The position numbers were made by a program, and so were the translations under genes. From Alphaproteobacteria bacterium (GTDB taxonomy: Bacteria; Pseudomonadota; Alphaproteobacteria; Micavibrionales; Micavibrionaceae), in contig JBOEGG010000001.1 in NCBI GenBank assembly GCA_050633285.1, positions 456,134 through 520,133 on the forward strand: a stretch of DNA of 64,000 nt. Direction: 5' to 3'. Positions within the stretch are counted from its first letter, which is position 1, and every line of letters begins with the position of its first letter. The notes beneath the pieces were generated by a model, which worked only from the letters and a program-made list of their open reading frames with translations, had not been told where the DNA came from and made no database searches. Below are positions 17,051-27,022 of this stretch, piece after piece.

Positions 17051-18973
17051 ATGAAGAATGACAATAAAGAACAGATGCACCCCGAAGATACGCGCAATCT
17101 GATTATTTTTATGCTGCTTTCCGTGGCATTGTGGTTCTTGTATGACACCTATGTTATTACGCCCCAAACACAAGCAATGAAACAAGCGGAGCAGGCACGC
17201 GCCGAATTGATTGAAAAAGAGCCGGAGTTGCTACAGGTAAAGCCTGTTGCACGCACTGATGCGATTGCAAGTACTGAGCGTATTACACTCGAGAATGATG
17301 AAATATTTGGCAGTATTTCTCTACAAGGCGGACGCATTGATGATGTTAGTCTGTCTTCTTATTACCTAACATTGGAAAAAGAAGAGCACATTGCATTATT
17401 AAGCCCAAAAAATTCCAAACAATCCAAATATGTCGATTATGGCTGGGTATCTACCGATAAAGCCTTACGTTTACCGGGAGAGAATACACAATGGGAAATT
17501 GCAGGTAATAAAAACTTACGCCCGAATGCGCCGGTCATTCTGTTTTGGGACAACGGTCAGGGGCTACGGTTTGAACGAACAATATCTCTGGATGAGGAAT
17601 ATCTCTTTACTATTAAGCAGGCCGTTTATAATAAGTCCGGAAAAGATGTAACATTATATCCATATGCCCTTGTATCACAAACTGGTATCCCCGGGGATTA
17701 CGTGAATTCTTGGCTCGCACATGAGGGGCCTATGGGCTTCATTGCGGGGGAATTGCAGGAAGTTGATTATTCGGCAATGCAAAAAGAGCCGACCCAAACG
17801 ATTGAGTCAACACGCGGATGGATTGGGGTATCTGAAAAATATTGGCTGACTGCTCTCATACCGACACAAGATAACATGGCAAAATACCGCTTTAAGTATA
17901 ATCATGATCTTATTAATAAAAAGCGTAGTAAGTTCCAAACGGATTATACAGGTTCGGCAATTGTGATTGCAAACGGCGCTCAGGCAGAAAATAGTTATTC
18001 CTTATATGTTGGAACGAAAAAAGTTTTGACGTTGGAGGCTTATACCAAAAAGCTAGGGGTCGATAATTTTGATCTGGCTGTCGATTTTGGTTGGTTCTGG
18101 TTCTTCACATACCCATTCTTTTTGGCTCTGCATTATTTAGGGCTTGCAGTTGGTAATATGGGGGTTGCGATTATTATCCTGACGGCAATTTTAAGAACTG
18201 CAGTGTTCCCGTTGACAAACATTTCTTACAAGTCTTTTGCGAAAATGAAAGTTGTGACACCGCAAGTCGCAGAGCTACGTGACCATCATGGAGATGATAA
18301 GGCGGCATTACAAACAGCGATTATGGAACTCTATCAAAAAGAGGGCGTAAATCCATTATCAGGGTGCTTGCCTATTTTGATACAAATTCCAATTTTCTTT
18401 GCATTTTATAAGATCTTATTTTCAACAATTGAAATTAGACACGCACCGTTCTTTGGGTGGATAGAAGATTTATCCGCACGCGATCCGACATCAATATTTA
18501 ACTTGTTTGGTGCGTTGCCTTATGAAGTGCCAAGCTTCCTTATGATTGGTGTGTGGCCGTGTTTAATGTTGATTGCGATGTTGTTGCAAAAAAAGCTAAA
18601 CCCACCACCACAAGATAAATTACAGCGCGATATGATGAATATATTCCCGTTCTTTATCACTGCTGTTATGGCTAGCTTTGCATCAGGTCTTGTAATCTAC
18701 TGGACGTTCAGTGCCGCGCTATCTGTGATACAACAAGCAATCATTATGCGTTCTATGGGCGTGCCGATTTATATCTTCAATAAAGATAAGTTTGAACAGG
18801 TTGTCGAAGAGCAAGTAGAAAGTGGTCCGGATGTTCATCCACTTGTCGATATGGCAGAGGATGAAGCAGAAAAGGCGCTCTTTGGCGATGAGCAGCAAAG
18901 CGTTGTTCCGGCTGCGGATGAGGAAGTCACGCAAGTGAAACCACCAAAGCCTAAAAAGAAAAAGAAGAAGTAG
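17051..18973 (+). CDS. yidC: Membrane protein insertase YidC
   Basis: N-terminal TM, large periplasmic domain, conserved C-terminal five-TM core (…PILIQIPIFFAFYKIL…), polylysine tail KPPKPKKKKKK. Confidence 0.9.
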   Translation: MKNDNKEQMHPEDTRNLIIFMLLSVALWFLYDTYVITPQTQAMKQAEQARAELIEKEPELLQVKPVARTDAIASTERITLENDEIFGSISLQGGRIDDVSLSSYYLTLEKEEHIALLSPKNSKQSKYVDYGWVSTDKALRLPGENTQWEIAGNKNLRPNAPVILFWDNGQGLRFERTISLDEEYLFTIKQAVYNKSGKDVTLYPYALVSQTGIPGDYVNSWLAHEGPMGFIAGELQEVDYSAMQKEPTQTIESTRGWIGVSEKYWLTALIPTQDNMAKYRFKYNHDLINKKRSKFQTDYTGSAIVIANGAQAENSYSLYVGTKKVLTLEAYTKKLGVDNFDLAVDFGWFWFFTYPFFLALHYLGLAVGNMGVAIIILTAILRTAVFPLTNISYKSFAKMKVVTPQVAELRDHHGDDKAALQTAIMELYQKEGVNPLSGCLPILIQIPIFFAFYKILFSTIEIRHAPFFGWIEDLSARDPTSIFNLFGALPYEVPSFLMIGVWPCLMLIAMLLQKKLNPPPQDKLQRDMMNIFPFFITAVMASFASGLVIYWTFSAALSVIQQAIIMRSMGVPIYIFNKDKFEQVVEEQVESGPDVHPLVDMAEDEAEKALFGDEQQSVVPAADEEVTQVKPPKPKKKKKK

Positions 18974-18978
18974 TAACG

Positions 18979-19629
18979 ATGTCTGATGATGAATTCACAC
19001 CAGCCGAAATAGAAAGCGCGCGTAAGCTGTTCGCAGGAACGTGTGAATTTATGTTGGGTGTAGCTGCACTAAAGCAGCTACCTGATGCACAAATGCCGGA
19101 GATTGCATTTGCTGGACGTTCTAATGTTGGTAAATCGTCTTTATTGAACGCGCTGACCGGACATAATGCGCTGGCGCGTACCTCTAATACGCCGGGGCGT
19201 ACGCAAGAGCTCAATTATTTTAATCTTGGTAATCAACTTTATATGGTTGATATGCCGGGCTACGGATATGCAAAAGTATCGAAAGAAAAAGTAGCTGCTT
19301 GGACAAGGTTGATCTTTTCGTATCTACGCGGTCGTCCAACGCTACGATGCGTTTTTATTTTAATTGATGCGCGACATGGCTTGAAACCCTCGGATATTGA
19401 GCTTATGAAAATGTTAGACGAAGCAGCGGTATCCTATCGTGTTATCCTGACCAAAACGGATAAGGTTAAGGATCAGGATCTTGAGAAGCAAAGCACAAAG
19501 ATAATCGATACGCTAAAGACACATGCGGCGGCCTATCCGGAAATTATGTATACCAGTAGTGTAAAAGGGTACGGTATCCCTGAGTTACGCGCATTCTTGG
19601 CATCATATGGCGTTAACGGCTCTCGATAA
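18979..19629 (+). CDS. engB: Ribosome biogenesis GTP-binding protein YihA/EngB
   Basis: FAGRSNVGKSSLLNALTG P-loop, DMPGYGYA, TKTDK motifs. Confidence 0.9.
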   Translation: MSDDEFTPAEIESARKLFAGTCEFMLGVAALKQLPDAQMPEIAFAGRSNVGKSSLLNALTGHNALARTSNTPGRTQELNYFNLGNQLYMVDMPGYGYAKVSKEKVAAWTRLIFSYLRGRPTLRCVFILIDARHGLKPSDIELMKMLDEAAVSYRVILTKTDKVKDQDLEKQSTKIIDTLKTHAAAYPEIMYTSSVKGYGIPELRAFLASYGVNGSR

Positions 19630-20305
19630 TCGTGTAAAAGCTGTAAGATGTTTGCACGTCATTGCTAACACATAGGGATACATATCCTTCGCACGCTGCG
19701 CAGTTCGCAATATTCAGGTCGGAATTAGTGCCACTATCAACCAGAAAAGTGCTCATGCTTCCTGAAAGTGCGGGGATAGATGTATTTCCTGTGATCCTTT
19801 GATTAATAGTTTCGCATAGTGGGCGTGAAATTTGATAGGCGCTTAAGATAACATCCTGTGCATTTGTCGGTGTCCATTCCACATTGTTAAATCGCCCTAA
19901 ATACCATCCGGCAGGTGGTGTAGCGGCAACTTGTAGTACGGTATCCGCCGGTAAAGTCTGCGGGTTTAACCCTCCACCTTGCGGATGAAAAACTTTGTGA
20001 ATGTGAGGCGCGCTACTATATCCGCTCTCTGCGGGTTGCACAAAGATAAGGTCGTCTGCATCACTTCCCGAAAATCTCATCTGCTCAATTGATGATGTTG
20101 CCTGCGCGCTATAGGTGATGAGTTGTAGGGCATAGAGGTCAATTTCTGCTCTATCAATTTCACGTGTGCCTGTGTTTTGTACCTGTCGGGTCAGGGTAAA
20201 GCCAAGCGCAGCAAATAACACAATCGCAATAAGAACGTAAATGAGTGCATTACCATTTTGAGAGAGATTTACGCGCATAAGATGTTCTCTTTTTGTTTTC
20301 ATCAA
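19613..20305 (-). CDS. Hypothetical membrane-anchored protein (230 aa)
   Basis: Single N-terminal TM (ALIYVLIAIVLFAALGFTL), Ser/Thr-rich periplasmic part with 4 Cys; no recognisable domain. 3' end overlaps the engB stop. Confidence 0.5.
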   Translation of the reverse strand: MMKTKREHLMRVNLSQNGNALIYVLIAIVLFAALGFTLTRQVQNTGTREIDRAEIDLYALQLITYSAQATSSIEQMRFSGSDADDLIFVQPAESGYSSAPHIHKVFHPQGGGLNPQTLPADTVLQVAATPPAGWYLGRFNNVEWTPTNAQDVILSAYQISRPLCETINQRITGNTSIPALSGSMSTFLVDSGTNSDLNIANCAACEGYVSLCVSNDVQTSYSFYTIIESR

Positions 20306-20381
20306 GGTGGAATTGATTTATGCTATGATTCTATCAAAATAATTGATTCTTTGTAAGAGGATCTGAAAGTTAAGGAAATCT

Positions 20382-21767
20382 GTGATGGAAATCATTTCTG
20401 CTGTTGTTGCATTTATCACTGGCGGAGCAATTGGTGCTTTGGTGAGCGCATTTGTTTTAAAAAACAAGCAACTGGAAAATGAAAAAGGCTTCACCCAAAA
20501 ACAACAGGAAATAATTGCCGAAAATGCCACTTTGGAGGCACGCTCCACGCAATATAAAGACATGGCAGATGAGTTAGAGATAGAGAATAAAGCCTTGAGC
20601 GAAGATCTCCAAAAAGTGAGAGAGCAAAATGTACGTCAAAAAGCAGAAAATGAATCCTTTGAAAGGGAGCTTGAGAAAAACAAACAAGACCTTCAAAAAA
20701 TGGAAGAAGTTCTCATTGGTAAATTTGAGAACCTCTCTAATAAAATTTTTGACGAGAAGAACGAGACATTTAAAAAGCAATCCCAAGATAGTTTAGGCGC
20801 TTTATTAACGCCATTGCGTGAAAAGCTGCATGAGTTTGAAAACAAAGTGAATGAATCCTTTGGTAATCAGGCCAAAGAGCAGTTTTCTTTAAAAGAGCAA
20901 ATCAAGAATATCGTAGAAACAAGTGAGACAATGAGATTGGAAACCAAAAATCTTACAAACGCCTTGAAAGGAGATAATAAAGCGCAAGGTGATTGGGGTG
21001 AGGTGATACTTGAAAAAATCTTGGAAGACTCTGGCCTGCGTAAGGGCGATGATTATTCTGTGCAGGGCGGTGGTATGAATTTGCGTGATGAAGACGGTAT
21101 ATTACAAAAGCCGGATGTGATCGTGAACTTACCAGAAAACAAACATGTTATTATCGATTCAAAAGTATCTCTTACACATTATGAGCGTTTCTTCTCAGAA
21201 GAGAGTGAAGAGGCGCGCCCGTTGCACTTAAAACAATTCCTATCATCGGTACGTAAACATATTGGTGATCTGGAACAGCGCCGCTATCAGGATACAGAAA
21301 AACTCGGTACACCTGACTTTGTGTTGATGTTTATCCCTATTGAGCCCGCATATATGCTTGCTGTACAAGAAGATAAAGACCTTCAAAACTATGCGTGGAA
21401 TAAAAAAGTGATTCTGGTTTGCCCAACCACCCTGTTTGCAACACTGCGCACAGTCGCATCTGTATGGCGCTTGGAGTTGCAAAACAAAAATTCACAGGAA
21501 ATCGCAAAGCAAGGTGGGCAGCTCTATGATAAAATAGAGGGGTTTGTAAAGGATATGCAGGCCATGGGGAAGCAACTTGATACTGTTGGTAAAACATATG
21601 GCGCAGCCATGAATAAACTGTCCGATGGAAAAGGAAATATTCTAGGTCGTACAGAGAAGTTAAAAGAGCTCGGTGCAAAAGCATCTAAGGCTTTACCGCA
21701 GGAATTATTGGATACCGGAAGTACCGTTGTGGAAAATCGCGATCAGGATGAAGATCAGGCTGCTTGA
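20382..21767 (+). CDS. rmuC: DNA recombination protein RmuC
   Basis: N-terminal TM, long coiled coil (EN/KQ-rich), C-terminal RmuC domain (…FVLMFIPIEPAYMLAV…VILVCPTTLFATLRTVA…). Confidence 0.8.
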   Translation: MMEIISAVVAFITGGAIGALVSAFVLKNKQLENEKGFTQKQQEIIAENATLEARSTQYKDMADELEIENKALSEDLQKVREQNVRQKAENESFERELEKNKQDLQKMEEVLIGKFENLSNKIFDEKNETFKKQSQDSLGALLTPLREKLHEFENKVNESFGNQAKEQFSLKEQIKNIVETSETMRLETKNLTNALKGDNKAQGDWGEVILEKILEDSGLRKGDDYSVQGGGMNLRDEDGILQKPDVIVNLPENKHVIIDSKVSLTHYERFFSEESEEARPLHLKQFLSSVRKHIGDLEQRRYQDTEKLGTPDFVLMFIPIEPAYMLAVQEDKDLQNYAWNKKVILVCPTTLFATLRTVASVWRLELQNKNSQEIAKQGGQLYDKIEGFVKDMQAMGKQLDTVGKTYGAAMNKLSDGKGNILGRTEKLKELGAKASKALPQELLDTGSTVVENRDQDEDQAA

Positions 21768-21832
21768 GACATTATTAAAAGAAGGCCGCCGCTGACTTGA
21801 CCGCAAATCCAAAACCCAGTATCACTACCGCC

Positions 21833-22354
21833 ATGACAGATTATAAAATTATTACAGTACCGCATGCGACATTAAAAGAGACAGCTCAACCAGTTGATCG
21901 GGTTGATGATGTAATTCGCAAGCAAATGGATGGAATGCTGAGCGCTATGTATGATGCGCCGGGCATTGGTTTGGCTGCCAATCAGGTTGATTTACTCAAT
22001 CGAGTGTTGGTTATGGATCTTTCTAAACGTGATGAAGAGGAAGAGGCCAATCCAATCTGTATGGCCAATCCCGAAATCATCTATGAATCCGAAGAAATGA
22101 GCGCGATGGAAGAGGGGTGTTTATCAATCCCGAAACAATACGCGGAAGTAGAACGTCCGGCAATCGTGCGGGTGAAATATCTGGATTATAATGGTAAAGA
22201 GGCCGAACTGAAAGCCGAGGGCTTACTGTCGCATTGCGTACAACATGAAATAGATCATTTAAATGGTGTGTTGTTTATTGATTACCTCTCCAGTTTAAAA
22301 CGCAAAATGATTTTGAAAAAAGTACAAAAACTCCAAAAGCAGAATTTATTATAG
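21833..22354 (+). CDS. def: Peptide deformylase
   Basis: GIGLAANQV, EGCLSIP, HEIDHLNG motifs; start moved to MTDYKIITVP. Confidence 0.9.
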   Translation: MTDYKIITVPHATLKETAQPVDRVDDVIRKQMDGMLSAMYDAPGIGLAANQVDLLNRVLVMDLSKRDEEEEANPICMANPEIIYESEEMSAMEEGCLSIPKQYAEVERPAIVRVKYLDYNGKEAELKAEGLLSHCVQHEIDHLNGVLFIDYLSSLKRKMILKKVQKLQKQNLL

Positions 22355-22363
22355 AGAGGCTCT

Positions 22364-23329
22364 ATGGGCACGCCGCTTCGCATTGTATTTATGGGTACGC
22401 CGGACTTCGCTGCTGTGGCGTTAAAGGCACTGATGAGTGCACCATACGAAATTGTATGTGCCTACTCACAACCTCCACGTCCAAAGGGGCGCGGTCATAA
22501 GGTACAAAAATCTCCCGTGCATGAATTGGCCGAGGCGAATGGCATTCCAGTTTACACACCGAATAGTTTAAAAGATAAAGATGCACAAGAGCAGTTTACC
22601 GCGCATAAGGCGGACATTGCAATTGTTGCTGCTTATGGTTTGCTGTTGCCTCAGGATATATTGGATGCGCCCAAACATGGGTGTTTGAATATTCATGGCT
22701 CTTTATTACCACGTTGGCGCGGGGCATCCCCAATACAGCGCGCGATCTGGTCCGGCGATGAAAAATCAGGCATTACAATCATGCAAATGGATAAAGGGCT
22801 TGATACAGGGGATATGATTGCAAAGTCGGAAATCACTCTGAGCGCGGATATGACCTCTACGAAATTGCATGATGCTCTTGCAGATATGGGCGCGCAATTA
22901 ACAGTGCAGGTGCTTAATGATTTGTGCACGAACGGCCAGTTAAATGCAGAAAAACAAGATAATGACTTGGCGACTTATGCGCACCTTCTGAAAAAGTCAG
23001 ATGGACAGGTGGATTGGCAGTCACCTGCATTGGAAATTGATCGTCAAATTCGGGCGTTAAACCCATGGCCGGGTGTCTGGGCGGAAATTCAAGGGAAACG
23101 TTTTAAGATACATGAAGCATCTTTGGCGGATGTTGAATATCCGAACTATGCCGGTGCATTATGTGATGAAGGGCTAAAGCCGGGCGCTGTTCTGAATAAA
23201 AATGGCTTGATGTTGTGCGGTGTAAAAACTGTTTTAAAATTGCACAAAATTCAGCCGGAAGGCAAGAAGCCAATGGATTTCACATCCGCAGTAAATGGCG
23301 GGTATATTGATGAGCAGAAGATCTTTTAA
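22364..23329 (+). CDS. fmt: Methionyl-tRNA formyltransferase
   Basis: LRIVFMGTPDFA…; HGSLLPRWRGASPIQ formyltransferase motif; follows def. Confidence 0.9.
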   Translation: MGTPLRIVFMGTPDFAAVALKALMSAPYEIVCAYSQPPRPKGRGHKVQKSPVHELAEANGIPVYTPNSLKDKDAQEQFTAHKADIAIVAAYGLLLPQDILDAPKHGCLNIHGSLLPRWRGASPIQRAIWSGDEKSGITIMQMDKGLDTGDMIAKSEITLSADMTSTKLHDALADMGAQLTVQVLNDLCTNGQLNAEKQDNDLATYAHLLKKSDGQVDWQSPALEIDRQIRALNPWPGVWAEIQGKRFKIHEASLADVEYPNYAGALCDEGLKPGAVLNKNGLMLCGVKTVLKLHKIQPEGKKPMDFTSAVNGGYIDEQKIF

Positions 23330-23398
23330 TTCTATGCTGCGCTTGGGCTTGTAACTCGTTTCAATATATTGCGCAGCATGGTGCCATTATGGGCAAAA

Positions 23399-24169
23399 AT
23401 GATGATAAAAAAATATAAATTAACAATAGAATATATGGGAAACGGTTTCCATGGTTGGCAACGTCAACCGGACGTTCCGTCGATTCAGCAATCTATCGAA
23501 GAGGCAATTTTTAAATTCTGCGCGCAAGACGTTGATGTTGTGGTCGCAGGGCGTACAGATGCAGGTGTGCACGCGCGTGGACAAGTTGCACATGTCGATT
23601 TTATGCCGTTTAAGAATCCGATGGACGAGTTTGCAATTATGAAGGCTATAAACGCACATCTCAGACCCAGATCAATTAGTATATTACAGGTAGAGCACGT
23701 AGAAGAGGATTTTCATGCGCGTTTCTCTGCCACTAATAAGTTATATCAATATCGCGTGATTAACCGTCATTCTTTTTTAACCGTTGAGCGTGAACGCGTT
23801 TGGCATATTCAAAAAAAGCTTAATATTGATGCTATGCGTGAGGGTGCAAAATACTTGCTTGGCAAACATGATTTTACGACTTTCCGCGATTCTGAATGTC
23901 AGGCAAATTCACCTATACGAACGCTTGATAGGTTGGATATCATGGTGAGAAATTATGACGCATGTGGCGGTCTGGATCTGACCTTTGAAACAGAAGGGAA
24001 GTCTTTCCTTCATCATCAGGTGCGCAATATGGTTGGGACATTATCTCTGGTCGGATTAGGAAAGTGGCAGCCACAGGATATAAAAACGGCGTTGGAGCAG
24101 ACAGATAGAACAAAGGGTGGGCCAACTGCACCTCCTGATGGGTTATATTTGGTGCGGGTAGATTATTGA
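23399..24169 (+). CDS. truA: tRNA pseudouridine(38-40) synthase
   Basis: KLTIEYMGNGFHGWQRQ…VAGRTDAGVHARGQVAHVD catalytic Asp motif. The track ORF starts at 23369; I moved the start. Confidence 0.85.
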   Translation: MMIKKYKLTIEYMGNGFHGWQRQPDVPSIQQSIEEAIFKFCAQDVDVVVAGRTDAGVHARGQVAHVDFMPFKNPMDEFAIMKAINAHLRPRSISILQVEHVEEDFHARFSATNKLYQYRVINRHSFLTVERERVWHIQKKLNIDAMREGAKYLLGKHDFTTFRDSECQANSPIRTLDRLDIMVRNYDACGGLDLTFETEGKSFLHHQVRNMVGTLSLVGLGKWQPQDIKTALEQTDRTKGGPTAPPDGLYLVRVDY

Positions 24170-24477
24170 TGGAATTGATTGGGTGTTATCGCATATCCGT
24201 TTATGTTCCCGCTGATGTGTTGAAGAGCTTCATTGCAAAGGTTAGTCCGCAAATTCCGTCCTTTTTAGGGAATTATGATCATGTGTGTTGGTGGAGCGAT
24301 CAGGGGAGCGAACAATATCGCCATAAGCACGGCGAAAAGATAGAGTGTAACCCTTCGCACCGTGTTGAAATAATCGTGCCGCAAAATGATGAAGAACTAC
24401 AAAAATTTATTGAAGACGTAATTCATCCATGGGAAGAACCCGTAATAACGTTCAGCACGCAAAAGATTGTAGGGTAA
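24166..24477 (+). CDS. Hypothetical protein (103 aa), overlaps truA stop
   Basis: ATGA overlap with the truA stop; no motif recognised. Confidence 0.4.
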   Translation: MMELIGCYRISVYVPADVLKSFIAKVSPQIPSFLGNYDHVCWWSDQGSEQYRHKHGEKIECNPSHRVEIIVPQNDEELQKFIEDVIHPWEEPVITFSTQKIVG

Positions 24478-24500
24478 TTGAGTTAAGAGAGCTAATCTCT

Positions 24501-24677
24501 TTACATATCGAGTGTATCAGGAACGTTCCAAGATACATCATTTTGATTATGTTCGGGCTTAGGCGCGACTGTTGTATCAGATGTTTGTGCAAACAGTCCG
24601 CCAAAGAACGCCTGCGTATCTGTATCGATATTCGCAGAAGATGTTCCGAATAAACTTGTTTTCTTTGCTGCTTGCAT
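24501..24677 (-). CDS. Possible small protein (58 aa) MQAAKKTSLFGTSSANIDTDTQAFFGGLFAQ…
   Basis: Hand-translated; below the ORF-track cutoff; AAGG just upstream; occupies an otherwise empty 315-bp gap. Confidence 0.2.
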   Translation of the reverse strand: MQAAKKTSLFGTSSANIDTDTQAFFGGLFAQTSDTTVAPKPEHNQNDVSWNVPDTLDM

Positions 24678-24791
24678 TTTAAAGCGCCTTTTTTACATTA
24701 CTCATTGGCAAATACCAAATATATGTACTGTATGTCAATAAATTTACCATATATGTCGCATTTTTACAAAAATACGTGGTTTTCAACGCGT

Positions 24792-25928
24792 TTAATCAAA
24801 ATAAATCTCTAACATCCGTGTGAATATTTTTGTGAGATCTTCGAGATCTTGAACCGATGCATTCTCATTGATTTGGTGGATCGTCGCGTTAATACCGCCA
24901 AATTCTACAACCGGACAATAACGTGATACAAACCGCGCATCTGATGTACCGCCATTTGTTGTAAATTCCGGTGTCTTTCCGGTGATATCCTGTACTGCTT
25001 TGCGCGCAACCTCTGACCAGTCCCCCGGTTTTGTAAGGAAGCTTTCCGCGCCACAAACCAGATTAAGCGTATACTCATAACCGCAGCTATTAATAATTTC
25101 ATGAATTTTGGTGGATAGCGTATCGCTGCGCCAATGATCGTTAAATCGGATATTGAATTTTGCACTGCCACTATCAGGGATAACATTATCAGCCGTATTT
25201 CCGACATCAATTGTTGTAATTTCAAGGTTCGTGGGTGGAAAAAACTCGCTCCCTGTATCAAGTGTCGTATTGGTTAAAGCATCTAAAATTTTGACCAAAC
25301 GCGGCATCGGATTGTCTGCCAAATGTTGGTAGGCAACATGCCCTTGTTTCCCTGAAACATTTAAACGACCGGTAAGAGAGCCGCGTCGCCCGATTTTAAT
25401 TTCTTGTCCTAAATGATCGGGATTTGTCGGCTCACCAATTAATGCCACATCGGGAATATGACCGTTGGCCTCCATCCATTCTAAAACCTTGATTGTTCCG
25501 TTAATCGCAGGGCCTTCTTCATCGCCTGTAATCAGAAGACTGATTGAGCCCTTAGGTTTATGCTCAGAAAGGTAATGTGAAACTGCGGCTGTAAATGCGG
25601 CAACAGACCCCTTCATATCACTTGCACCCCGACCATATAAAACGCCATCTTCAATATGCGGATTAAACGGGCCGTATGTCCATGCGTCTTCTGGCCCCGG
25701 CGGGACAACATCTGTATGCCCGGCATAGCAAATATGTGGCGCGCCCGTGCCTAAACGTGCAAAAAGATTTGGAACATGATCGTCCCCTTCGCCAAAATCA
25801 AGGCGGTGGCATTCAAAACCGAGCGCACTAAGCTGCTCTGCCAGATAAACAAGTGCGCCTTCGTCCTTGGGTGTTACCGAAGGGCAGGCGATTAATTTTT
25901 GGGTGAGTTCAATTACGTCATATGTCAT
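24792..25928 (-). CDS. dapE: Succinyl-diaminopimelate desuccinylase
   Basis: LIACPSVTP, HTDVVP, GASDMKG M20 peptidase motifs; dap context. Confidence 0.9.
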   Translation of the reverse strand: MTYDVIELTQKLIACPSVTPKDEGALVYLAEQLSALGFECHRLDFGEGDDHVPNLFARLGTGAPHICYAGHTDVVPPGPEDAWTYGPFNPHIEDGVLYGRGASDMKGSVAAFTAAVSHYLSEHKPKGSISLLITGDEEGPAINGTIKVLEWMEANGHIPDVALIGEPTNPDHLGQEIKIGRRGSLTGRLNVSGKQGHVAYQHLADNPMPRLVKILDALTNTTLDTGSEFFPPTNLEITTIDVGNTADNVIPDSGSAKFNIRFNDHWRSDTLSTKIHEIINSCGYEYTLNLVCGAESFLTKPGDWSEVARKAVQDITGKTPEFTTNGGTSDARFVSRYCPVVEFGGINATIHQINENASVQDLEDLTKIFTRMLEIYFD

Positions 25929-26917
25929 GTTGCCAGAGTGTATTCATCAAAATCGGAATTGTCACTACCCAATCCGCGTTCATGATATTTTTCAGGTAAG
26001 TCATTTGTGACTTTAAGCTCAGGATGGCGATCCCATACACGTCTGGCTGCAACGATATAAGGGTCAAGGCCAAGCGGTAATTTCAGTCCCTTGGCTGTCA
26101 GGTCTTTATTTTCAATGGTAAGAGGCTTACCAAGATCTTCGGCATGTTTGTCATGACGGTTAATATTGGTGACTTTCCCTATCGCTTTTTCCAAAGTTTT
26201 ATAAACTTCCCTTTGGGATGGGTAATTTTCAGAGAGGTTTGCTATATAGTCACTAAGCTGAATTTGAATTTTAACATTGTAATCAACAGCTCTTTGATCG
26301 GATAAACCACCAATAATAGTGGCGGCATTTTGTAGATTATCAAATAATTTAGCTAAGCCTGCATTCTGTGTTTGTCGGAGGGCAACAGAGTATGTGTGTT
26401 TATTCGGATATTCGGGTTTTGGCTCTCCGCCATAATGCATGGATATTTTGTCAAACTCATGAAGTAAGCGTTTCATACCATCATCAGGTTGGTGTCCATG
26501 GATAAAGAGACGGTCATTAAGTTGTTGTGGATTTACGTTATAATCTTCACCAAGGTCATGACTGAAAATTACCCCAAGAACACCTGCCGGATCATCAATG
26601 TGAAGGCCATCTTCTGCGCAACTAATCATATAAACAGCTTGGGAAATTTCATGCAGGGCAGATGGGGTTGTTCCGTCTTTTCGGAATTTACCATCTTTCT
26701 TTTCTAGTAAAAAATCAAGGATAGCATCTTCTCTATGAAATCCTTGCTCATTTAGCCACGTCTTAAGGTATGCGACAAGATAATCAAAATTCTGATTAAC
26801 ATCTTCTTCTGTGTCAAACATCCCTGCTTCGCATAAGCGCTCATGCAAGGGTCTGTCCAGATGGGTTATCTGGCTCAGTGCGGAGTCCTTATTTTGAGAA
26901 AACATATCTTTAATCAT
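25925..26917 (-). CDS. Hypothetical protein with HD-like motif (H…HD), between dapD and dapE
   Basis: ALHEISQAVYMIS…(36 aa)…SHDLGED resembles HD phosphohydrolase motifs I/II. Stop overlaps the dapE start (ATGA). Confidence 0.45.
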   Translation of the reverse strand: MIKDMFSQNKDSALSQITHLDRPLHERLCEAGMFDTEEDVNQNFDYLVAYLKTWLNEQGFHREDAILDFLLEKKDGKFRKDGTTPSALHEISQAVYMISCAEDGLHIDDPAGVLGVIFSHDLGEDYNVNPQQLNDRLFIHGHQPDDGMKRLLHEFDKISMHYGGEPKPEYPNKHTYSVALRQTQNAGLAKLFDNLQNAATIIGGLSDQRAVDYNVKIQIQLSDYIANLSENYPSQREVYKTLEKAIGKVTNINRHDKHAEDLGKPLTIENKDLTAKGLKLPLGLDPYIVAARRVWDRHPELKVTNDLPEKYHERGLGSDNSDFDEYTLAT

Positions 26918-27022
26918 AGTCTTCGGCTAATCCATGCTTGCATTTACCACGCGTTTTATAGCAGTGGTATAAAAAGATCAAGAAATATGTAAACTATTAG
27001 GGTGTGCTAATGTATGTATATC

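Noticed and set aside
19613-20305. Fourth prepilin gene
   Set aside because: The hydrophobic helix is not preceded by the G|F-x-x-x-E processing site (Tyr at +5). GFTL occurs at the C-terminal end of the helix and is coincidental.
24429-24653. Plus-strand 74-aa ORF in the truA-dapE spacer
   Set aside because: Cys/Arg-rich junk composition with no RBS. The opposite strand holds a slightly more plausible 58-aa ORF, itself reported at low confidence.
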